From an uncultured Candidatus Saccharibacteria bacterium (GTDB taxonomy: Bacteria; Patescibacteriota; Minisyncoccia; Phycocordibacterales; CAIZLB01), in contig CAYXQC010000004.1 in NCBI GenBank assembly GCA_964467385.1, forward strand, positions 9,429 through 73,428: a stretch of DNA of 64,000 nucleotides, read 5' to 3'. Positions within the stretch are counted from its first letter, which is position 1, and the number at the start of each line of letters is the position of its first letter. Below, one piece after another: positions 13,820-23,797 of the stretch. The notes beneath the pieces were generated by a model, which did not search any database, was not told the origin of the DNA, and saw only the letters and a list, made by a program, of their open reading frames with translations. The translations under genes were made by a program, and so were the position numbers.

Positions 13820-16552
13820 ATGAACATATCAGTTACAAAGCAAGACGGCACAAAAGTACCCTTCAATGCGGATTACATCAACAAGTCAATTGAACGAGCT
13901 TGCGCAGATTTACCAAACAGCGCTAGCTATGTTACACAGATTGCCAGTGAGACTCAGCTTACCTTGTTTGATGGTATAACGACGAATGAGCTTGATCAGG
14001 CGACTATTAGTGCTGCACTCCAGAACGTGCAGGATGATATTCGATATGACAAAGTTGCAACACGACTTCTCCTCAAGACAGTGTACCGACGAGTACTTGG
14101 TGAATATGATAAGGACAATGCGGCGGATCTTGAACGACGACATCGAGAGTATTTTCCCGAACATATGAAAAAGATGATCGCTGAAGGTCTTCTTGACCAG
14201 AAAATGGATGAAAAGCTCTTTGATCACAAGAAACTTGCAGACGCACTCAATATCTCACGAGATGAAATCTTTGCTTACGCAGGTCTCTCAACATTTCTCC
14301 ATCGATATTCTGTAAAAGATAAGAAATTAAATCCAATCGAAACTCCTCAGTATTTCTTCATGCGAGTAGCGATGGGTATGTCTTATTATGAAAAAGATCC
14401 TACGGCTACAGCTATCAGCTTCTACGAACAAATGTCACAGCACAAGTATGTGGCCGGAGGTTCTACAAACCTTACAGCGGGTACACCACGACCTGCGCTT
14501 TCAAATTGTTACCTCCTCGAAGTTCACGACGACATGGCACATATCGCTAAGTCAGTAGGAGATGTGATGCTTATTTCAAAAGGTACTGGAGGTCTTGGAG
14601 TTTCTCTTACAAAGCTTCGAGCGACAGGCTCTATTTTGAAGTCATCTAATACAACGTCATCTGGTCCAACTCCATTTGCAAAAATCATGGATACTGCGAT
14701 CCATGCGATTGTACGAGGTGGAAAGAAGAAAGGTGCACTCTGTTTCTACATGGAAACTTGGCACTATGATTTTCCTGAGTACATCCATTGGCGTCACAAT
14801 GCCGGAGATGACTATGTGCGAATGCGAACAGCTAACACAGCAGCTTATATCTCTGATGAATTTATGAAGCGTGTAACTCAGGGTGCTCAGTGGTACATGT
14901 TCGACCCTAAAGAAACAGCAGACCTGAACGAGCTTTATGGTGAAGCGTTTAGCAAGCGATATGCTGAGTACATTGAGATGGCAGAAGCTGGAAAAATGAC
15001 TATGTTCAAGAAGATGCCAGCTGAAGAACTCTATCGACAAATGCTTGTATCTCTTCAGACAACTTCACACCCATGGCTTACATGGAAAGATACTATCAAT
15101 ATGCGAGCGTTGAACAACAATACAGGTACTATTCACATGTCTAACCTCTGTACAGAGATTTGTCTTCCTCAGGATAAAGAAAACATCGCCGTATGTAACC
15201 TTGCCTCACTTAACATCGTGGCGCACCTCGTCGATAAGACGGTTACAGATCTTGGTGGGAAAGAAACTATTGTCAAAGAAATCGACTGGAAAGAACTTGA
15301 AAAATCTACTCGAATTGCAGTTCGACACCTCGATAATCTTATCGATATCAATCAGCCACCAGTTCCTGAAGCTGCAAAGTCTGACCGAGAAAACAGAGCT
15401 GTTGGTCTTGGTGTGATGGGGTTCTCAGATCTTATCGAAAAACTAGGGTTTGCGTACGACAGCGATGAGTCATTTACACTTGCTGACAAACTCTTCGAAT
15501 TCATCAGCTATATGGCAATCGATGAAAGTGCTGAACTTGCGAAAGTGCGAGGTTCATATACACACTTTGATGGTTCAATGTGGTCAAAAGGAATGGTACC
15601 ATTTGATACAATGTCTCTTTTGGAAAAATCTCGAGGTGAACAGCTTCTTGTAAATAAAGACATGCATGCAGGAGTTGATTGGGATGTACTTCGTGCAAAA
15701 GTAAAGAAGGGGATTCGAAATGCAACACTCATGGCTGTTGCACCAAATGCGAATATTGGACTTCTTGCTGGAACAGTTCCGGGTATCGATGTGCGATTTG
15801 CGCAGGCTTTCTCTCGAAATAAGTTCTCAGGAAAATATCTCGACATCAACCACAATCTTGTAGTCGACCTTGAAAAACTTGGCATCTGGGAAAAAGTTAA
15901 GTCAAAGATTATCGAAAACCGAGGTGATATTGAATTTATCGAAGAAATTCCTGAAAATATTAAGAAGATCTACAAGACTTCATTCTCAGTTTCTCCATAT
16001 GCAGTTATCGAAGTTGCTGCGCGAGCGCAGAAATGGGTAGATCAGGCACTTTCTCGAAATATGTACCTCGAGACTCGAGATATTAACCAGATTATTCACA
16101 TCTACAGTACAGCTTGGAAGAAGGGTCTCAAGTCTACATATTATCTCCACATGAAGCCTCAACACTCAGCAGAGCAAAGCACGATTGTGGTAAACAAAGC
16201 ACAGCAACTTGGTAAAAAAGGTTTCGCAGCTATGCGAATGTCGAGCCCACTTGCTGGCGCACCAGTTTCTGTAAGTATGCCAACTGAGATGGTCCAGCAA
16301 GTTTCTGCAAATGGAAACACCGCTACTATTCAGGCTTCAGCCCATGCTAATCCTAAAGAATCTACTATCACAGTAGATGTTGAAGCGACGATGCAGACTA
16401 ATGGTTCTACACCGAATACAATTGTCGCAGACATAGATGTTCAGGATACCACTGCAAAAAAAGCTGGCGGATATAAACCACTCAATTTAATCAGAGCTGA
16501 GGACTTTGGGGTAGATCCAAGTGAAGCGAATATTTGTGATGGTTGTCAGTAA
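13820..16552 (+). CDS. nrdA: Class I ribonucleotide reductase alpha subunit with ATP cone
   Basis: VTKQDG cone, LSNCY, SNLCTEI, VCNLAS, GLKSTYY, C-terminal CDGC. Confidence 0.96.
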   Translation: MNISVTKQDGTKVPFNADYINKSIERACADLPNSASYVTQIASETQLTLFDGITTNELDQATISAALQNVQDDIRYDKVATRLLLKTVYRRVLGEYDKDNAADLERRHREYFPEHMKKMIAEGLLDQKMDEKLFDHKKLADALNISRDEIFAYAGLSTFLHRYSVKDKKLNPIETPQYFFMRVAMGMSYYEKDPTATAISFYEQMSQHKYVAGGSTNLTAGTPRPALSNCYLLEVHDDMAHIAKSVGDVMLISKGTGGLGVSLTKLRATGSILKSSNTTSSGPTPFAKIMDTAIHAIVRGGKKKGALCFYMETWHYDFPEYIHWRHNAGDDYVRMRTANTAAYISDEFMKRVTQGAQWYMFDPKETADLNELYGEAFSKRYAEYIEMAEAGKMTMFKKMPAEELYRQMLVSLQTTSHPWLTWKDTINMRALNNNTGTIHMSNLCTEICLPQDKENIAVCNLASLNIVAHLVDKTVTDLGGKETIVKEIDWKELEKSTRIAVRHLDNLIDINQPPVPEAAKSDRENRAVGLGVMGFSDLIEKLGFAYDSDESFTLADKLFEFISYMAIDESAELAKVRGSYTHFDGSMWSKGMVPFDTMSLLEKSRGEQLLVNKDMHAGVDWDVLRAKVKKGIRNATLMAVAPNANIGLLAGTVPGIDVRFAQAFSRNKFSGKYLDINHNLVVDLEKLGIWEKVKSKIIENRGDIEFIEEIPENIKKIYKTSFSVSPYAVIEVAARAQKWVDQALSRNMYLETRDINQIIHIYSTAWKKGLKSTYYLHMKPQHSAEQSTIVVNKAQQLGKKGFAAMRMSSPLAGAPVSVSMPTEMVQQVSANGNTATIQASAHANPKESTITVDVEATMQTNGSTPNTIVADIDVQDTTAKKAGGYKPLNLIRAEDFGVDPSEANICDGCQ

Positions 16553-16587
16553 AATCAAATTAAAAAAATAATCTAACACTCAAAAAC

Positions 16588-17616
16588 ATGGCAATTGTAG
16601 GAAGACCAGCACCAACAGACACAACACTGCATCCGATTAAGTATAAATGGGCGTATGAGCTCTATGGCCAAGCTGTTCGAAACACTTGGTTCCCACATGA
16701 AATCGCACTCAAGGAAGACCTCCAAGATTTTGCAAAAATGACGCAAGATGAACGACATGCGGTTGAATTTGTAATGTCATTCTTCAATCCAGCTGAGCTC
16801 ATCGTAAACCGATCGATTGCTCTTGGTGTATATCCATATCTCAAATCTCCAGAAGCGCACCTCTTTTTGGCTAAATGGATGTGGGAAGAGGCGAATCATT
16901 GTGTGTCATTTGAGTACGTGCTTGAAACTTTCCCATTTGATAAACAAAAGGTATATAACAATCACCTCCAAACACCTTCAATGATTGCTAAAGAAGCGTT
17001 CATTGAAAAATATCTCAAGCGAATGACCGAGGATCGACTCGATATCGAATCAGTGGACGGTAAAAAGGATTTCGTGCGAAATCTCGTGGCAACAAATATC
17101 GTAATGGAAGGAACATGGTTCTACTCTGGATTCATGGTAGTAATGTCATTTCGACAGCGAAACCAGCTTCGAAACTTTGCTTCGATGATCAACTGGGTAC
17201 TTCGAGATGAGTCACTTCACTTGAAGTTTGGTATCAACCTAATCCATACAATTCTTGAAGAAAATCAGGATCTCCTGACTCCCGAATTTGCGGACGAAAT
17301 CCGAAACATCATCATTGAAGGAGTAAATGTTGAACTCGAATACAACAAAGATCTGTTCCCGAATGGCATTCTCGGCTTGAATGCTGACTATGTAAACCAG
17401 TATGTAAAATACGTAGCTGATCGACGACTTGAAGAGCTTGGCCTTGAAAAGCACTATAATGTTCCAAACCCTGCAAAATGGATGGCTACAGCAACTGATG
17501 TGTATGAACTCGTAAACTTCTTTGAAGCTCAGAACACAAGCTATGAAGTGGATTCAAAGGCGCATGATGGTAAAAGTGATGAGGCGAAGGAGAAGGCTGA
17601 AAAGGTGGTGGAATAG
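16588..17616 (+). CDS. nrdB: Ribonucleotide reductase beta subunit, class Ic (Mn/Fe) signature
   Basis: WFPHEI, FFNPAE, EEANHCVSF, MEGTWFYSGF, RDESLH, NFFE. Confidence 0.93.
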   Translation: MAIVGRPAPTDTTLHPIKYKWAYELYGQAVRNTWFPHEIALKEDLQDFAKMTQDERHAVEFVMSFFNPAELIVNRSIALGVYPYLKSPEAHLFLAKWMWEEANHCVSFEYVLETFPFDKQKVYNNHLQTPSMIAKEAFIEKYLKRMTEDRLDIESVDGKKDFVRNLVATNIVMEGTWFYSGFMVVMSFRQRNQLRNFASMINWVLRDESLHLKFGINLIHTILEENQDLLTPEFADEIRNIIIEGVNVELEYNKDLFPNGILGLNADYVNQYVKYVADRRLEELGLEKHYNVPNPAKWMATATDVYELVNFFEAQNTSYEVDSKAHDGKSDEAKEKAEKVVE

Positions 17617-17639
17617 AAGGTTAGAAAGTTGGACGTTCT

Positions 17640-17854
17640 TTAAAACTTCACATTTCCAGGTGCCGCGTCTATTGTCGGTACACAGAAATGAATAATGTAA
17701 CGGCGGAAATAGCTATTTATAATAACAAGATGTAAACCCTTCTTCTGCTTGAGATGACCGTGGATCTTCCGCATGATCGCTAGTTCAGCAACGTAGGTAG
17801 AGTGTATTCTTGAAGGATTATAGATGATCGGTTCCTAGAACTGTGGAGTTTTAA
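17640..17854. ncRNA. Candidate ~215-nt rod-like RNA (6S-like?)
   Basis: TTAAAACTTCACA/TGTGGAGTTTTAA closing stem with nested AGG/CCT, CCG/CGG, TCTAT/ATAGA, GGTACAC/GTGTATT, GCGGAA/TTCCGC. Confidence 0.45.
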
Positions 17855-17975
17855 TATTTATGATCTCGAGATGTTGAGTAGCAAAAAAATTGTACGAGTT
17901 GCTTGAAACTTGCGAGCTGCAGTGAGCAGGGGAAAATCTAAGGAGAGATTTTCTGTTTTCACGCAACGAAAAGAA

Positions 17976-18947
17976 TTATTTTTTACCCACAAGATACCTC
18001 TGAATATTATTCTTATGCGCCTGATATGTTTTTGCGCAATAAATATTTCTATTACTGTGAATATAAAATAGACACTCTGTTTTTTGTGGATTAAATGCTG
18101 CGTCAATTGCTGCAAGACTTGGATTTGCGATAGCTGTAGGTGGAAGCCCTTTGTTTTGATAAGTGTTGTAGTCAGATTCGATGTATTTATCTTTTGAAAG
18201 CACATCCGGCCACCAGTCTGTAGAGCTTGCTTTAGCGTATTGAAGCGTAGCGTCCATATCAAGAGTCATGCCACGAAAAAGTCGATTCCATATCACCCCA
18301 GAGATTATCTTCATGTCGCTCGGACCAGCTGCTTCGCGCTGAATAATAGAAGCGATTCGCACTGCGGTATCGAGGTTAATCTTTCCACCAGTGGTACCTG
18401 TCACACCAGTCGCTAAAGCACCTTGTGAATTTTTTGTGGCTGCATTACTTTTATTGCTTTTTCCACCAGCTTGTTTTGCTAATACTTTATTTGAAACTTC
18501 AGTGTTGAATTTTCGAAGCATTTGATTCGCCACATCTGCGCCAGTTGCATCGAGATCAAACCAGTACGAACCTGGCATATAATATCCGTCCAAAACACCT
18601 CGCTCATCTTGTGGAGCGGTGTTCAAAAAAGCTTCTGTATTGCTTGCATTCCACGACAAAACCTTGGTTAGTCTCTCGGCGATTTGTTCACGGCGTAGAC
18701 CTGGCTGAATGGTTACAAAACGTTTGGTTGGATTGGCTAGGTTTGAATAGAATTCGAGAGGATCAAGACCATTTTTGTAAAGAAATAGGCTGGTGCCCGT
18801 CATAGCTACTGACGCTAATAAAAACATTAAAACAAGGGATATTTTTAGTCGGAGCGAGGGCTTGCCGGAAGGTCGTCCAGACAGCCGTCCGTTCGAGTGA
18901 TGTGAAGATCCTTTATATACATGCGAATGTACCCGAGGGGCTCTCAT
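17976..18947 (-). CDS. mltG: Endolytic transglycosylase MltG, paralog 1
   Basis: ASIIQREA, WNRLFRGMTLDMDATLQY, YNTYQNKGLPPTAIANP. Confidence 0.88.
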   Translation of the reverse strand: MRAPRVHSHVYKGSSHHSNGRLSGRPSGKPSLRLKISLVLMFLLASVAMTGTSLFLYKNGLDPLEFYSNLANPTKRFVTIQPGLRREQIAERLTKVLSWNASNTEAFLNTAPQDERGVLDGYYMPGSYWFDLDATGADVANQMLRKFNTEVSNKVLAKQAGGKSNKSNAATKNSQGALATGVTGTTGGKINLDTAVRIASIIQREAAGPSDMKIISGVIWNRLFRGMTLDMDATLQYAKASSTDWWPDVLSKDKYIESDYNTYQNKGLPPTAIANPSLAAIDAAFNPQKTECLFYIHSNRNIYCAKTYQAHKNNIQRYLVGKK

Positions 18948-18969
18948 ATGCTACTATTATAACCAATGA

Positions 18970-18995
18970 TGTAATAAATGCGAGTCGTTTGCGTC
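18970..18995 (+). promoter_or_regulatory. Probable autoregulatory ECF sigma promoter
   Basis: TGTAAT-N16-CGTC ending 7 nt before the sigma ATG; resembles SigX/SigM-type promoters. Confidence 0.55.
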
Positions 18996-19002
18996 ATCAC
19001 CT

Positions 19003-19560
19003 ATGCAGAGTAAGAAACACATTGAAGAGCTAAAAAAGGACTTTCGGGAGACCTACGACTTGTACGCTGATGCACTGTTCCGTTTTTCGTACTATAAGCT
19101 TTCCGACAGGGAAAAAGCCAAGGATATTGTGCAGGACACATTCGTCCGGTTCTGGGAGTATATAGCTTCAGATGGGGAGGTTGAGAACGTAAAAGCGTTT
19201 CTCTACCGTATTGCTCACAATGCGATTATTGATAATTATCGCAAGAAAAAAGAGATCTCCCTTGATGTCCTTGAAGAAGAAGGTTTTGACCCACGCGATC
19301 ATGACATGCATCACTCTGTCTCAAGAGGTCCGGATGCTCGTAAAGCTCTCGAACTCATCAATCAACTCGATGACTCAGAGTCTGAGGTTATGCTCATGCG
19401 TTATGTAGATAGCTTATCCGTAAAAGAGATAGCTATGATCCTCGACGAACGTGAAAACACTGTTTCGGTCAAAATCCATCGAGCCTTAAAGCATCTACAG
19501 GAACTTTTTGAAGAGGTTTCCTTTAACTCTGCTACGAAGGTACCTTCGCAAGAACAATGA
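19003..19560 (+). CDS. ECF RNA polymerase sigma factor
   Basis: AKDIVQDTF, FLYRIAHNAIIDNYRK, LSVKEIA..TVSVKIHRA. Confidence 0.93.
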   Translation: MQSKKHIEELKKDFRETYDLYADALFRFSYYKLSDREKAKDIVQDTFVRFWEYIASDGEVENVKAFLYRIAHNAIIDNYRKKKEISLDVLEEEGFDPRDHDMHHSVSRGPDARKALELINQLDDSESEVMLMRYVDSLSVKEIAMILDERENTVSVKIHRALKHLQELFEEVSFNSATKVPSQEQ

Positions 19561-20855
19561 AACAAAACACATTTTATAAAGCAATACATGGTCTAAAGAA
19601 GATCAACATGACAGCTGATGAGAAATCAGCGGTCTTTCATCGTGCTTGGTCGGTTATCGAATCTATTGAAGCTACACATAATCTTTCACTAAACAAAGGG
19701 CGAGTAGCTAAGCTTCCTGCGGTAGCTGGTGCTCAAAACCAGTCAGTTAAAAGCACATTTGTATCAGTTTGGTCACATTATTTTTCACAAAAAAAGTTCG
19801 TGCCAGCACTCTCGCTTGCTATCCTTCTTATGGCAACGGGTGGCGTTTCTCTAGCTGCAGAGGAGTCACTTCCAGGTCAACTTTTGTACCCAGTTAAGAT
19901 CAATATAAATGAAGCAGTCCGAGGCTTTACAGCTCTTACACCGGAGGCAAAAGCTCGTTTTGCTCTCGAAATCACTGATCGACGTCTCAAAGAAGTAGCT
20001 CTTCTTTCATCAAAAGGTATGTTAAATGCAGAAACAAGCGCAGTTATTCAAGGTCAACTCGTCAAACAGGCTGGTCAGATCAAAAACCAGGTTGCTTCTC
20101 TTGTTTCTACAAAAAACATTCGCGCAGCACAGGAAATCAGCGTAAACTTCGAGTCGTCACTTCGAGCGCATGAGCTTATTCTCGAAAAAATTTCAACAAA
20201 ACAAGATCAGGATGAAGCAGACAATGAAGATATTGTGAATAATGATTCAACAAGGCTCGCCAGTGCGTCATCTTCTGCTAGTTCAACAGCTACAATCATG
20301 GCGCTTCGTGCGAACATGAGTGATACTAAAGCTCATATTAACTCTATTATCGCCACTTTAAAACTTCAGCTTGCAACTACAACTGAAACTAGGGCCAATC
20401 TCCAAGAAGAAGAAGTTAAGACTGAAAATCTTGATAAAGAAACTATTCTTGCGAGACTTGCCGAACTCAAGCTCCGAGCACTTGAGATCAAAAAAATAGC
20501 AAGCACTACACCTATTGCATCAGTTCTCCGAGCTTCTACCTCATTTGGTTATATCTTCCAGAGCGATCTCCTTATAACTTCTGCAAATACAAAGATAGGC
20601 ACAGCAGAATATGCTGCCGCTCTTACAGATCTCCAGAAGGCTACACAGTATCTAACAGATGCTGAGATTCTTATGACTGCAGATGACCTTACCAAGGATC
20701 CAGCTCTTAGAGAGGTGATCAATGAAGCTCTTTCAACAACAAGCTTCACAAGCGTACTTCCTACTATTCAGGCTACGAGTACGGCAACTACTACGATAGG
20801 TACCGAAACTGGCACAACAACAGTCGCAACATCGAGTGCTGCAAGTGTACAGTAG
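19557..20855 (+). CDS. DUF5667-type membrane protein, putative anti-sigma factor
   Basis: ATGA overlap with the sigma gene; TM then AAEESLPGQLLYPVK..RRLKE. Confidence 0.75.
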   Translation: MKQNTFYKAIHGLKKINMTADEKSAVFHRAWSVIESIEATHNLSLNKGRVAKLPAVAGAQNQSVKSTFVSVWSHYFSQKKFVPALSLAILLMATGGVSLAAEESLPGQLLYPVKININEAVRGFTALTPEAKARFALEITDRRLKEVALLSSKGMLNAETSAVIQGQLVKQAGQIKNQVASLVSTKNIRAAQEISVNFESSLRAHELILEKISTKQDQDEADNEDIVNNDSTRLASASSSASSTATIMALRANMSDTKAHINSIIATLKLQLATTTETRANLQEEEVKTENLDKETILARLAELKLRALEIKKIASTTPIASVLRASTSFGYIFQSDLLITSANTKIGTAEYAAALTDLQKATQYLTDAEILMTADDLTKDPALREVINEALSTTSFTSVLPTIQATSTATTTIGTETGTTTVATSSAASVQ

Positions 20856-20889
20856 GTAGCATTTCTAAAAATTGGATATAATACGTCCC

Positions 20890-22104
20890 ATGAAAGGGGT
20901 GTCTAAAAAACATACCGAAGTGTCTAAACAGGAGGCTGTGCGGTATTTTGTGTTGTTTGGGATAACAGGGGACTTAGCTAAGCAAAAAATAATTCCTGCT
21001 TTATTTGAGTTATGGCAAAAAAAAGAGTTTGGTACTGATACTGTAGAATTCGTCGCATTTGGTAGAAAAAGTTTCAGTACGACAGAGTTCATTGATTTTA
21101 TTACTAAGTGTCTAGGTAAAATAAAGGTGACAGAAAAAGAAAAAAAAGCATTCGCTACAAGTTGGACATACATTCAATCTGAACTGAGTGATAGTAAAGG
21201 CTATAAGAATTTGAAGAAAAAGCTTGCAAACAAATTTGCGCCAATTGTATACATCTCTCTACCACCACAACTACACCTTCAAGTGTGTGACAATATAATA
21301 AAGCAAAAAATAGTAACCAAAAAAAATGCTGCTAAGTTAATGCTTGAAAAACCCTATGGGTATGATGCAAAATCTGCAACTATGCTCGAAAAAAAACTCA
21401 TACTTTCACTTCGTCAGGATCAGATTCTCCGTGTCGATCATTATGCCGGCAAACAAGCTCTAATTGAGTTTGAAAATCAAGCAAGACAAGGTGTGATTCC
21501 TTTTGAGCTAAGTGCAAAATCGGTCCAAAAAATAACATTCAATTTCTTGGAGACTAACGATGTTGCTGAAAGGGGTGCTTTTTATGACAAAGTCGGTGCG
21601 CTTCGTGATGTATTTCAAAACCATTTGCTTCATGAATTTGCATCTATAACTGCATTCCCTTTTTACAATCAAACTATAGATGCAAGTGAGCGAGCATTTC
21701 TTCGTGAAAGAAGCCTCAAACAATTTGAGATTGTAAAAAAACCAATTTTTAAACAGTATAAAGGGTACAAAAACACGCGAGGAGTTCAGTCAGATTCAAC
21801 AACTGAGACGTATTTTAAGATAGAAGCTCGTATGAAATCAAAATACTGGCAAGGTGTGAGATTTATTTTTGAAGGAGGGAAAGCGCAGTTAGTTGCTGAT
21901 TCGTCTATTAAAATCTATTTCAAAAAAACTGCGCGGAAGTCAGTAAATATAAATCCATACGTGATTCATATGAATGGTTATGGTGAGGATGCCTATGTTC
22001 GAGTGCTTCGTGATGCATTTGTATATGATGAAAATAGATTTATTTCATTTGAACAAGCGCGACTTGGTTGGAAGATTGTCGAGCAGATTGAGGATAATAA
22101 ATAG
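20890..22104 (+). CDS. zwf: Glucose-6-phosphate dehydrogenase (short, divergent)
   Basis: FGITGDLA, EKPYG, RVDHYAGK, GALRDVFQNH, TETY; start uncertain (TTG 20872 or ATG 20890). Confidence 0.85.
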   Translation: MKGVSKKHTEVSKQEAVRYFVLFGITGDLAKQKIIPALFELWQKKEFGTDTVEFVAFGRKSFSTTEFIDFITKCLGKIKVTEKEKKAFATSWTYIQSELSDSKGYKNLKKKLANKFAPIVYISLPPQLHLQVCDNIIKQKIVTKKNAAKLMLEKPYGYDAKSATMLEKKLILSLRQDQILRVDHYAGKQALIEFENQARQGVIPFELSAKSVQKITFNFLETNDVAERGAFYDKVGALRDVFQNHLLHEFASITAFPFYNQTIDASERAFLRERSLKQFEIVKKPIFKQYKGYKNTRGVQSDSTTETYFKIEARMKSKYWQGVRFIFEGGKAQLVADSSIKIYFKKTARKSVNINPYVIHMNGYGEDAYVRVLRDAFVYDENRFISFEQARLGWKIVEQIEDNK

Positions 22105-22190
22105 CATCTTCAAAAAAGGTTTCCATAAAGAACCTTCCTACAATCCACAAAAATCCTAAAAAACGGCCTACAATATAGTATACTCAAGCG

Positions 22191-23759
22191 ATGGAACAAA
22201 TCGGAATTCAACTTTTCATTCACAATCTTGGTTATCTTGCGTCAGCCTGCCTCAGCCTGGTACTTGCTGTGCTTATTTTTTTTAGAGGAAAAACACGACT
22301 TCAAAACATTCTCTTTACTCTCACTAGTTTTACATTTATCGGCTACATCTTATTTTATCTTGAAGGTGTAAATGCTCGGAATTCCTACGCGGCACACTTT
22401 TTCTTTTCATGTACGATGATTCTGATTGTGACTGTCTGTTTAAATGCACATCTGGCTTTTGCAATGTTTAGAAAAGTAAAAGAGCAAAAAAATGCACTCA
22501 TTGTCATGTATGTTCTGGCGGCACTTATCATGATATTTCTTGGTGCAGACACTTCACGGTATCTCGCACATCCAGCTGCTTACGGTTTCTTGCCAAATTT
22601 CTTTGTTCCAGGTCCATATTATTGGCTTTTTGCTTCGTATTTCATTATTGTCACCGCATACTTTTTTGGATGCATCGGTATGTGGTATTTCAAGGCTGAA
22701 CCTGCTGAGAAAAATCGGATGAAATATTTTTTAGTGGCATTTGGCTGGGCCTATGCGATTGGTTTCAGTATTTTTGGATCAATCTTCGGTCTATATGATA
22801 TTAATATGTTGTATACGTCGATCATCGGGCTTTATGTGATTCCGCTTGCATACGGTGTGTTTAAATATGATGTAATTGATATTCATGTGGCTGCTAAAAA
22901 TGCACTTCTTTATGCGCTGTATTCCTTTTTTGTTGGAGGGGCGATTGTATTTGCAAATATTCTTAACGACTATCTAACTAGTCACTATATTGGTTTTCCG
23001 AACTGGATTCTGCCGTTTGCATCAGGACTCTTTGTGGTATTTGTAAGCTGGGTCGTATGGCGTCAGATCCGCGAGTCAGATATTTTAAAATATGAATTCA
23101 TAAACAATATTAGTCACAAGTTCCGTACACCTCTCACACATATTCGGTGGCTTGCAGAAGACCTTCGTGAAGTCGGTACAAAAGAAGAGCGTGACAAAGC
23201 GGTAGAACAGATCCAATACGCAAGCATGCGACTTTTTGAGCTTACAAATATCGTGATAGATGCATCTCAAAACAATAACGACCTCTACCTGTATCATTTT
23301 ACAAGTACAGATGTTTCTGAAATTGTCCACGAGATTCACACCGCTCATCTTGATCAGGTTAAACATAAGAAGCTAAAGGTGCATATCGATATTGGACCTG
23401 ATATTCCAAAAATAAAGGCGGATAAGACTCGATTACAGTTTGCACTTCAGATTCTCTACGAAAATGCACTTATTTACACCCCTGATTCAGGTGAAATTGA
23501 TATCAAGCTGCGACAAATTGGTGGGGAAGTTATTGTAACTATTCGAGACACAGGTATCGGTATTCCAAGTGATGCGTTGCCTCATGTATTTTCAAAGTTC
23601 TACAGAAGTAGAAACGCACGACACACTGACACTGAGGGAATGGGTGTTGGACTTTTCATGGCAAAAGATATCGTTGAGAAACACAACGGAAGAATCTGGG
23701 CTGAATCATACGGTGAAAATAAAGGTGCAACGTTTAGTGTAGCTTTCTTGATTGAATAA
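22191..23759 (+). CDS. 7TM sensor histidine kinase
   Basis: Multi-TM N-terminus; SHKFRTPL H-box; ENALIY, DTGIG, GMGVGL. Confidence 0.9.
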   Translation: MEQIGIQLFIHNLGYLASACLSLVLAVLIFFRGKTRLQNILFTLTSFTFIGYILFYLEGVNARNSYAAHFFFSCTMILIVTVCLNAHLAFAMFRKVKEQKNALIVMYVLAALIMIFLGADTSRYLAHPAAYGFLPNFFVPGPYYWLFASYFIIVTAYFFGCIGMWYFKAEPAEKNRMKYFLVAFGWAYAIGFSIFGSIFGLYDINMLYTSIIGLYVIPLAYGVFKYDVIDIHVAAKNALLYALYSFFVGGAIVFANILNDYLTSHYIGFPNWILPFASGLFVVFVSWVVWRQIRESDILKYEFINNISHKFRTPLTHIRWLAEDLREVGTKEERDKAVEQIQYASMRLFELTNIVIDASQNNNDLYLYHFTSTDVSEIVHEIHTAHLDQVKHKKLKVHIDIGPDIPKIKADKTRLQFALQILYENALIYTPDSGEIDIKLRQIGGEVIVTIRDTGIGIPSDALPHVFSKFYRSRNARHTDTEGMGVGLFMAKDIVEKHNGRIWAESYGENKGATFSVAFLIE

Positions 23760-23797
23760 GTATGTTGAGTTGCAAGGCTAAGTGCGCGATAATGTAA

